Shown here: one piece after another, positions 29,358 through 37,266 of the stretch | How the letters are laid out: every line of letters begins with the position of its first letter | How positions within the stretch are numbered: position 1 is the first letter of the stretch | DNA from: Dehalococcoidia bacterium | Lineage (GTDB): Bacteria > Chloroflexota > Dehalococcoidia > Plut-88900 | DNA length: 64,000 nucleotides | Assembly (NCBI GenBank): GCA_965207225.1 | Contig: CBDBLV010000005.1 | Coordinates: 736,001-800,000, forward strand | Direction of reading: 5' to 3' | The notes under the pieces: generated by a model | What the model was told of the DNA's origin: nothing | Seen by the model: the letters and a program-made list of their open reading frames with translations, nothing else | The model's database searches: none | Position numbers and translations under genes: made by a program

Positions 29358-30041
29358 TTAGACCACCCTCTTTTCGAAGCGCTCTAGGGCGTCGAAATGG
29401 TACAACTTCTTCGCCGAGACCACTTTCTTGAACTGGAACCGCTCCGTGATCCCGAAGCTTTCCAGAGTTTCCCACACCCGCAGAAGCTCGTCCTCGGAAG
29501 GCGTTTCTTCCTTCGCGTCGCTCCCTAATGACCCGATATTACCTGCCACGTAGATCTCTCCCTCGTACATCGAGTCCCCCACAGCATCCCCGACGTCGCC
29601 GCAGATGATTATCCGACCCTTCTGCATCATGTAGCCGGTCAGGAATCCCGAGTTGCCCCGGATTATCAGGTCCCCGCCCTTCATCGATATCCCCGCCCTC
29701 GCACCTGCATCCCCACCCACGAACAGCTCACCACCCCGCAAAGTCGCCCCCACCGATGCCCCGGCGTTCCTGGTCAGGGTGATTCGCCCGCTCATCATGT
29801 TTTCGCCCAGGGCCCAGCCCGCGTTTCCGTTGATGGTCACGTCGGGACCGTCCAGCAGGCTGGCGCACAGGTACCCCACGCTCCCGTCGACGGTTATCTT
29901 GCAGTCCTGCAGCACCCCGATTACCAGGTTGTGCCGGGCCTGCGGGTCTAGGATTCGCACTTCCTGCCCTTCCTTGACCAGCTCCTTCACCCGGGTGTTG
30001 ATCTCCCGGATCGTCATGTCTCTTGCGTTTATATCAGCCAA
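29358..30041 (-). CDS. mgsB: N-methylglutamate synthase GXGXG subunit
   Basis: ENMMSG, GISMKG, GDSMYE beta-helix repeats. Confidence 0.87.
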   Translation of the reverse strand: MADINARDMTIREINTRVKELVKEGQEVRILDPQARHNLVIGVLQDCKITVDGSVGYLCASLLDGPDVTINGNAGWALGENMMSGRITLTRNAGASVGATLRGGELFVGGDAGARAGISMKGGDLIIRGNSGFLTGYMMQKGRIIICGDVGDAVGDSMYEGEIYVAGNIGSLGSDAKEETPSEDELLRVWETLESFGITERFQFKKVVSAKKLYHFDALERFEKRVV

Positions 30042-30943
30042 GTCATTACCTCGTTCTGCTGAGGCTCGACCCGCTCTATCTCCTCATCGAACACCGACCT
30101 CAACGCCACTTCCTCAGACGCCAGCGCAACCACATCGTCCGTTTCCATCAGCACCAGAGGCTTCAGCGCCAACGGGTCCTTCGCCGACCCCATCCCCTGG
30201 TCAGTCGAAACCAGGTAGGTGAAGGAGCCGTCCAGGTCGTCCAGCGAGTCGAAGAGGGCGTCTTCCAGGCCCGCGCCCTGGGCCAGCTTCTCCGCAAGGT
30301 ACACTGCGATTAGCTCCGAGTCGTTCTCAGTCTGAAAGCGGTGTCCCCGGTCCTCGTACTGCCGCTTCATCTTGTGGTAGTTGGTCAGCTGTCCGTTGTG
30401 TACCACGGTCACGTCGGGAAACGGATATGCCCAGAAGGGGTGGGAGTGGGTGATGTCCACCCGACTCTCCGTCGCCAGCCTCACATGCCCGATCCCGTGG
30501 GTCCCCTTCATCGTCCCAATGCCGTGCTTGTCGTCCAGCTCCAGACCCGTACCCACGTCCTTCACAACTTCAGAGTTCTGGCCGATACTGTGAATTGTCA
30601 CCCCGGGAAGTTCGTAAAGCGCGGCCGCTAGGACGTTGACGTCACCTTCGTAGTTGACGTTCAGGCGCAGGAATTCTTCCGTAGACTGCCGGTTCTTCAC
30701 CACCCCGCCCTTTGCAATCACCGACTCCTCCACCGCCCTGAATCGCGCCCGGTAGTCGTCCTCGGGGTCCGACCAGATCCTGACTATCAGGTCCGACTTT
30801 GAGTCTTCCCCCGCAACCGTAATACCCGTCGAGTCAATGCCCCGGTGCTTCATCGCGTCCAGCATCCTCACCAGCTCTTCGCCTATCGGCGCCAGCCCCG
30901 AGGCTCCCGCATGCTTGTGCATTATTCCACTTATACCGCACAT
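30029..30943 (-). CDS. mgsA: N-methylglutamate synthase class II amidotransferase subunit
   Basis: N-terminal MCGI, GHVRLATES, HNGQLTN, DSE. Confidence 0.87.
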   Translation of the reverse strand: MCGISGIMHKHAGASGLAPIGEELVRMLDAMKHRGIDSTGITVAGEDSKSDLIVRIWSDPEDDYRARFRAVEESVIAKGGVVKNRQSTEEFLRLNVNYEGDVNVLAAALYELPGVTIHSIGQNSEVVKDVGTGLELDDKHGIGTMKGTHGIGHVRLATESRVDITHSHPFWAYPFPDVTVVHNGQLTNYHKMKRQYEDRGHRFQTENDSELIAVYLAEKLAQGAGLEDALFDSLDDLDGSFTYLVSTDQGMGSAKDPLALKPLVLMETDDVVALASEEVALRSVFDEEIERVEPQQNEVMTWLI

Positions 30944-31077
30944 CTCTTATCTTCTCCCGGGCGCGGTGTCGTGGGAGTTCACACCGGCGTTACATTGAAA
31001 TTCGTGCCACCCCGACAACGCGTCATTATATATGTGGGAAAATTGGCGGGCAAGGAAAAAGCGGCCCGTGCTTGGCC

Positions 31078-31599
31078 CTACACCCTCTTGGAAGGCCTCT
31101 CAAACACCCTGAACTCCACGTCAATCGAAGTAGGGTGCAGCGTCAGCATCGCCACCGACCCCGGCATCATGAAGTCCGGGTACCCGGGCCCCGGATTCAC
31201 GATAAGCGTGTTATCGACATAATGCTCGACCCGCTCGTGTGTGTGTCCGTACAGGATGATGTCCTGCCGCCCCAGCTCTTCCAGTATCCGCTCCTCGATC
31301 CCGTCCGGCTCCATCCCCCACCACGGGTGAATAACCCCTAGCGTCCACTGCCCGATCGCAAAAAACTGCTTGTCTGGCAATATCCTCCGCGTCTCGTCCT
31401 TGTCCGTATTCCCGAACACCCCTACAAACTTCGGGTGGTCGTCAATCAACTGGTGGACCAGGGTCGGACCCGTAAAATCCCCACTGTGCACAATCCAGTC
31501 GGCTTCCTTCAGAGCCTCCTGGACAACCGGATGAAGCTCGCCCTTCTCCCGAACATGAGTGTCCGAGAAATGAAGCAACTTTATTGGACTGTGCGGCAT
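31078..31599 (-). CDS. YfcE-like metallophosphoesterase
   Basis: SDTH, HSGD, GNTD, GHTH, NPG. Confidence 0.88.
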   Translation of the reverse strand: MPHSPIKLLHFSDTHVREKGELHPVVQEALKEADWIVHSGDFTGPTLVHQLIDDHPKFVGVFGNTDKDETRRILPDKQFFAIGQWTLGVIHPWWGMEPDGIEERILEELGRQDIILYGHTHERVEHYVDNTLIVNPGPGYPDFMMPGSVAMLTLHPTSIDVEFRVFERPSKRV

Positions 31600-31812
31600 A
31601 AAACTAGTATAGCCTGTCGCTTCAAGAACCAGCGGTTCCAGGCGCCAGCGCCGACGCCAAAACCCGCTCCAGAAAAGCCATCTGCGCCGGCGTAAACGGC
31701 ACCAGCCTCGGTGACGGACACGCGTCCAGCGCTTCCTTCATCGCCGTACTCACCCGAGCCTTTATCTCTTCGCTTGCGGATTCTGCACTCAACACCCGAC
31801 TCCTTGCTTAAC

Positions 31813-32334
31813 CTACCTGCAATCTTCGATTGGCACTTCAATCTGTCGATCCCGGTACATCGGGATCGCCGACACGTAGTCCTCGTCTTCTCCCGCTCTC
31901 TGCATCCCAGGCGGCAGGTCCCCGACCACCGCACCGGGCACCCCCATCACCACCTTCCTGTCTTCCACCTCCGCCTTCGGCGCTACCACCGACCCCGCTG
32001 CCACCACCACCCCCGACCCCAGCCTCACCCCATCCAGCACAACCGCATTCATTGCCACCAGCACTCCCTCCCCCAGCACCGCCCCGTGCACCACCGCTCC
32101 ATGCCCCATCCGGCAGCGAGGCCCCAGTACAGTCTCGCCATGAATAACGCAATTGTCCTGCACGTCCGACCCTTCCTCTATCCGTATGCAGTGATCGTCC
32201 CCCCGGATCGTCGCGTTTGGCCCGATCCAGCAGTTCCCCCCAATGGTCACGTCCCCGATTATCACCGCTGTGGGATGTATATAAGAGGAGGACGCTATCT
32301 TCGGCCGTTTTCCTTCGAGTTCATAAATAGGCAT
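31813..32334 (-). CDS. Gamma carbonic anhydrase family (hexapeptide) protein
   Basis: IGDVTIG, IRGD, VQDNCVIH, GHGAVVHG. Confidence 0.9.
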   Translation of the reverse strand: MPIYELEGKRPKIASSSYIHPTAVIIGDVTIGGNCWIGPNATIRGDDHCIRIEEGSDVQDNCVIHGETVLGPRCRMGHGAVVHGAVLGEGVLVAMNAVVLDGVRLGSGVVVAAGSVVAPKAEVEDRKVVMGVPGAVVGDLPPGMQRAGEDEDYVSAIPMYRDRQIEVPIEDCR

Positions 32335-32444
32335 TCGAATATCCTGTGTTCTCGAGTTGCGCTCGGGGCATTGTATAACAGGGCCCCGACCTTCGTGAGA
32401 TGTATAATGAAAACTGGAACTCTACTGGAGGGCGGGGCATAACC

Positions 32445-33683
32445 ATGAAGTGGGCATCAGCAATTTCCGAAAACGAATCCCTCAAAAACGCCATCCGGGA
32501 GGCGACCCAGAAGGTTAAGGAAGACCTTGGAGACCAGGCCCCCGACCTCCTCCTCGCCTTCGTCTCCAACGTACACCAGAGCCAGTATGGCAGAGTCCCC
32601 TCCTACATCGCCGACACCCTACCCATCGACAACCTCCTCGGCTGCTCCGGCGGAGGCGTCATCGGAGATGGCAAGGAGGTTGAGAACCGACCCGCCGTGT
32701 CAATAACCGCCGCCATCCTCCCAGACGTTCACCTGAACCTGTTTCACCTTGAAGACGGAGACCTCCCCACCCCCGACGATGGCCCCTCAGCTTGGGAGGA
32801 AATCGTCGGCGTCAAGGCCGAAGACACACCCCACTTCGTCATCCTCCCAGACCCCTTCACCATCCACGCCGACAGCCTCGTAGAAGGCCTGGACTTCGCC
32901 TTTAACCAAGGAGTGAAGATTGGCGGACTCGCCAGTGGCGGCATGCGCGCCGGCGCCAACGCTCTCTTCCTCGGCCCCGAAGTGCATCGGTCTGGCGCCG
33001 TGGGCATGGCCATGCACGGCAACCTAAAAGTCGACACCATAGTCGCTCAAGGGTGCAGGCCCATCGGAGAGTCCGGAGTGATAACCAGGTGCAATGGCAA
33101 CCTGCTCATGGAGCTGGATGGCCAGAGCCCCCTGGAATTCCTGCGCGGTGTCTTCGACCAATCGGATGACCACGACCGCCGGCTTATCAACTCGGCCCTT
33201 CACCTGGGTGTCGTCATGGACCCCCTCAAGGACCAGTTCAGGCCCGGCGATTTCCTCATCCGAAACGTCATGGGCCTCCACCAGGAGACCGGGGCCCTCG
33301 TCGTCGGCGAAATGCTCAGCGAGGGACAGGTCGTCCAGTTCCACGTCCGGGACGCCGAGACCGCCCGCCACGACCTCGAAGCCGTCATGGACCGCTATGT
33401 CGAGGACAATGAGTCCCCATCAACATCCGGCGCCCTTCTATTCTCGTGCCTGGGCCGGGGCGAACACCTCTTCGGCCGCCCCAACCACGACAGCGACATC
33501 TTCCTCGACCGCATCTCCCGGGCCCCCCTCTCCGGCTTCTTCTGCAACGGCGAGATAGGCCAGGTCGGCGGCTCCACCTTCCTCCATGGATTCACCAGCA
33601 CCTTCGCCATGTTCAGCCCCACCGCCCCCACCCCCGTAAGCGAAACCACCTCTGACACCGGCATATCGGAAAGGTCCTGCTAA
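32445..33683 (+). CDS. FIST-domain (FIST N + C) protein
   Basis: GCSGGGVIG, GGLASG, VAQGCRPIG, FSCLGRG, GFFCNGEIG. Confidence 0.9.
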   Translation: MKWASAISENESLKNAIREATQKVKEDLGDQAPDLLLAFVSNVHQSQYGRVPSYIADTLPIDNLLGCSGGGVIGDGKEVENRPAVSITAAILPDVHLNLFHLEDGDLPTPDDGPSAWEEIVGVKAEDTPHFVILPDPFTIHADSLVEGLDFAFNQGVKIGGLASGGMRAGANALFLGPEVHRSGAVGMAMHGNLKVDTIVAQGCRPIGESGVITRCNGNLLMELDGQSPLEFLRGVFDQSDDHDRRLINSALHLGVVMDPLKDQFRPGDFLIRNVMGLHQETGALVVGEMLSEGQVVQFHVRDAETARHDLEAVMDRYVEDNESPSTSGALLFSCLGRGEHLFGRPNHDSDIFLDRISRAPLSGFFCNGEIGQVGGSTFLHGFTSTFAMFSPTAPTPVSETTSDTGISERSC

Positions 33684-33696
33684 AGGAGGCGCCGTC

Positions 33697-34326
33697 ATGT
33701 CTCAAAGCCAGCCATCAGCCCCGATAGTCCTGAACGTCCAACGCCCCGAAAACCTCTCCCGCCTTCATCTCCTGCTCAAGACCTTCTTCGGCTTCATATA
33801 CGTTGGCATACCCCACGGCATCATCCTCTACCTCCTGGGTATCGCGGCGTGGGCCCTCTCCCTCGTTGCCTTCGTCGCAATCCTGATTACCGGCCGGTAC
33901 CCGAGAGTCCTCTTCGACCTCGTCGTTGCCGACAGCCGTTGGACCTTGAGGGTCGCCGCCTACGCCGGCCCCCTGCTTGGCAACTTCATGGTCGACAAGT
34001 ATCCCGCCTTCTCCCTTGAAGAGACCCCCGAGGACCAGGCCTTCCTCCGAGTCGAATACCCCGAAAGACTCTCCAGGCTCCACGCCGTGCTCAAGCTCCT
34101 TCTCGGCTGGCTCTACGTCGCCATACCCCACGGTATCATCCTTACCATCTACGGCATCATCCTGCTGATCGTCCAGTTCTTCACCTGGTTCATCATCCTG
34201 TTCACAGGCCGGTACCCGGCGCCCGTGTTCACCCTCGCCGAGGGCTATCTGCGCTGGGCCGCCCGCGTCAACTTCTACCTCTCCTTCGTCCGGGACGAAT
34301 ACCCCAAGTTCAGCCCCTCCCCCTAA
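33697..34326 (+). CDS. DUF4389 family membrane protein (internal duplication)
   Basis: Two copies of PE.LSRLH..IPH..IL.TGRYP..RW..RV..YP.FS. Confidence 0.85.
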   Translation: MSQSQPSAPIVLNVQRPENLSRLHLLLKTFFGFIYVGIPHGIILYLLGIAAWALSLVAFVAILITGRYPRVLFDLVVADSRWTLRVAAYAGPLLGNFMVDKYPAFSLEETPEDQAFLRVEYPERLSRLHAVLKLLLGWLYVAIPHGIILTIYGIILLIVQFFTWFIILFTGRYPAPVFTLAEGYLRWAARVNFYLSFVRDEYPKFSPSP

Positions 34327-34349
34327 CCCCCCCGACCTGAACAAACAAG

Positions 34350-34380
34350 AAAGCGTCGGCTCACCGAGCCGACGCTTTTT
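34350..34380. terminator. Bidirectional intrinsic terminator
   Basis: AAAGCGTCGGCTC-acc-GAGCCGACGCTTTTT between convergent genes. Confidence 0.85.
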
Positions 34381-34398
34381 CCATACTCAAGCGGAGCG

Positions 34399-35613
34399 CT
34401 AGATCACAACCCCCGCCTCCTTCAATCCGACAATCTCCTCCCACGAGTACCCGAGACCCAGCAGCACATCTTCCGTTGACCCTCCAAACTCCGGCGCCCC
34501 CGCTCTAGATGCGAAGCTCTCGTTCTCCACCTTGTAGGGCGACGCTAGCTCCCTCATCAGTCCGTGTTCAGGATGCTCCACTTCAACTATCGACCCCGTG
34601 GCCTCCAGTTGAGGATTGACCGCAACTTCATCCACACTCGATACCGGCTCCCAGGGCAAGGTCGCTTCATCTAGGCGCTTGGCCCAGTAGTCCCGGGCTT
34701 GTGTTCGGAAATGCGCTTCCAAAATGGCTGTCAGTTGGTCAGTATGCACCGCCCTTTCTTCAAGCGAACCGTACTTCGATTCCTTTGCCAGGTCGGGCCT
34801 GTTGATGGCAGCGCAGAAAGGAAGCCAGGCGCGGTCGCTCTGGAGCAAACAAAGTTGCATCCATTTGCCGTCCCCGCACTGGTAGTACTTCACCAGCGGA
34901 TTGATGTTTATGTATTCGGCAAGCGATTTCAGAGGCCTGCCCGAAATAAGCATCGACCAGATCGACTCCGCACTCCCCCAGATGCCCGCGTTGTATAGGG
35001 AGGTGTCAACAACGCTCCCCTTTCCCGTACGCTCTCTCGCATAAAGCGCCATCATTATCCCGCCGAAGAGGAAGGTGCCCGTACTGACGTCGCCCAGCGA
35101 ACAGGCCAGGTCAACCGGCGGCCCGTCCGCTGGACTGAATATCGACATAAGTCCTGAACGCGCCCAATAGCTCAGCATATCGTAGCCGGGCCGGTCTCTG
35201 TCTGGCCCCTCCACCCCATAGCCGGTAAGCCTTCCGTATACAAGCCTTGGGTTGATCGCACTCACGCTCTCGAAATCGATTCCCAGCGAAAGGGCGGTAC
35301 CGGAACGCAGGTTGGTCACCAGTATGTCCGACTCCTTCACCAGCCTTCTGAAAATCTCCTTCCCACGATCGGCCCCTAGGTCCACCGCAAGGCTGCGCTT
35401 GCCCCGATTTATGTGCTCGAACACGTAGTTGATCGAGTCGGGCGGCGGGTCGGCCTCCGGAATCCATCCCCTCGTAGGGTCCCCGCCCGTCTGTAGATGC
35501 TCCACCTTGATTACCTCTGCCCCGTAGTCACCCAGCATCACCCCGCACGTCGGCCCCGACACCCAGTTCGCGACTTCTATAACCTTCAACCCCTCAAGAG
35601 GCTTCCGACTCAA
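34399..35613 (-). CDS. CoA-transferase family III (CaiB/BaiF)
   Basis: PLEGLKV, GAEVIKVE, NRGKRS, TGYG..GP..PGYD. Confidence 0.92.
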   Translation of the reverse strand: MSRKPLEGLKVIEVANWVSGPTCGVMLGDYGAEVIKVEHLQTGGDPTRGWIPEADPPPDSINYVFEHINRGKRSLAVDLGADRGKEIFRRLVKESDILVTNLRSGTALSLGIDFESVSAINPRLVYGRLTGYGVEGPDRDRPGYDMLSYWARSGLMSIFSPADGPPVDLACSLGDVSTGTFLFGGIMMALYARERTGKGSVVDTSLYNAGIWGSAESIWSMLISGRPLKSLAEYININPLVKYYQCGDGKWMQLCLLQSDRAWLPFCAAINRPDLAKESKYGSLEERAVHTDQLTAILEAHFRTQARDYWAKRLDEATLPWEPVSSVDEVAVNPQLEATGSIVEVEHPEHGLMRELASPYKVENESFASRAGAPEFGGSTEDVLLGLGYSWEEIVGLKEAGVVI

Positions 35614-35812
35614 GTCTCAACACTCCTAACCAACATCGGATATGTAATATTCCTGGGACGGGAAGGGTGGAGGGTGTCCGGTACCCTCTCCCTCGATGGG
35701 AGAGGGCTAGGGTGAGGGTGAAACGCATGCAAGCTTCGCACTCCCCTACAATCCTACCCACCCAATCTGCCGCCCTCTTTCATCTCACCCCCCAGGGTGG
35801 CTGTCCCCAACC

Positions 35813-37159
35813 CTACAACATCCCCTTCTTCCGAACATCTTTGAACGACTCCTTCATCGCATCCACTATCTGGTCTACATCCTCGTCCGTGTGTGCCGTG
35901 GATATGAAGCCCAGGTGGATCCCCGGTACTATCACCCCCCTGTCCAGCAGGTGCAGGTAGAACTCGATCTCAGCGTCATGCAGAGAAGAGTCCACGTCCC
36001 GAGAGCTGTTAATCACCCCTCTCTGGAAGCGCAGATAGAACAAGGACTGCGCGCTCATCATCTGCGCCGGAAGTTCCTCCGCAACGCAGAACGCATTGAT
36101 CTCATCCGACAACCGAGTGCCCCGCTCCATGAGTTCGGAATACAACTCCGGGTGCTCCTTCAGATGGCTTACCGCCGCGTGCCCTGCAATCATGCTGATC
36201 GGGTTTCCGCTGAACGTCCCTCCCGAGAATATCCGCCGGGGCCCCGTTGGCCCCCCCTCGCTCGACTCCCGAGACGGTGTGAACACCTGCATGATCTCGT
36301 CCGAACCCGCCAGCGCCCCTATCGGCGTCCCGCCCCCGATGATCTTCCCGTAGGCCGCTAGGTCCGGCGTCACGTCGAAGTATTCCTGCGCCCCTCCGTA
36401 CCCCAGCCTGAACCCCGTGATCACCTCGTCGATCAGGAACAGAACGTCGCATTCCTTGCAGACCTGCTTCAGCTTCCTCAGGAAGTCTCCGTGGTTTAGC
36501 CTTGGGTTGGAGCTCTGCACCCCCTCAATCATCACCACCGCCAGCTCGTCCTTGCGCTCCCGGATAATCTCGAATGCTTCTTCCTCACGATATGGGAGCA
36601 AGATCACGTTCTCCGTGATCTCAAGAGGGATCCCCCCACCCAGCCCCCGGGCCACCGGCCGAGTCCGTGAGCTTCCCCTCCGCGCCCCGGCCAGCACCTG
36701 GTCGTGCGCCCCGTGATACCCCCCGTCGAACATCCCGATCTTGGTCTTCCCCGTGTACGACCTTGCCACCCTCACCCCGTACATCGTGGCCTCGGTCCCG
36801 GAGTTCATGAACACCACCTTGTCGGCGCACGGCGCTGCCTCCACCATCAGCGAGGCCAACGGTTCCTGGTACGGATTGTGCAGCCCGAAATGTAGTCCCC
36901 GACCCACCGCTTCCGAAACCGCATCCACTACAACCTCCGGCGCATGGCCCAGGATGTGCGGTCCGAACCCCATCGTCATGTCAAGGTACTCGTTCCCATC
37001 CACGTCCCACATCCTCGACCCCTTCGCCTTCTCGATGTACAGCGGGTACGGCATGTCCACCGTCCCCACCACCTCCTGCGCCACCACCTCCCGCGTCCGC
37101 TGGAACACCTCCTGTGACTTCCCTGTCCTGCTCTCCAACCTCTCAAGCACGCTCGCCAT
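35813..37159 (-). CDS. Class III PLP aminotransferase (GSA-aminomutase-like)
   Basis: DVDGNEYLD, NSGTEA, YHG, DEVITGFR, GKIIGGG. Confidence 0.9.
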   Translation of the reverse strand: MASVLERLESRTGKSQEVFQRTREVVAQEVVGTVDMPYPLYIEKAKGSRMWDVDGNEYLDMTMGFGPHILGHAPEVVVDAVSEAVGRGLHFGLHNPYQEPLASLMVEAAPCADKVVFMNSGTEATMYGVRVARSYTGKTKIGMFDGGYHGAHDQVLAGARRGSSRTRPVARGLGGGIPLEITENVILLPYREEEAFEIIRERKDELAVVMIEGVQSSNPRLNHGDFLRKLKQVCKECDVLFLIDEVITGFRLGYGGAQEYFDVTPDLAAYGKIIGGGTPIGALAGSDEIMQVFTPSRESSEGGPTGPRRIFSGGTFSGNPISMIAGHAAVSHLKEHPELYSELMERGTRLSDEINAFCVAEELPAQMMSAQSLFYLRFQRGVINSSRDVDSSLHDAEIEFYLHLLDRGVIVPGIHLGFISTAHTDEDVDQIVDAMKESFKDVRKKGML

Positions 37160-37266
37160 TGAATTCCTCCAGACTAACTGCCCTGCCTAACCTTGCCCCG
37201 ACATCGATTGCCCAATGGTATGGCGAGGCTCCAGCATCGTCAACGAGCAAAGCCCAAAGTAAGCCC

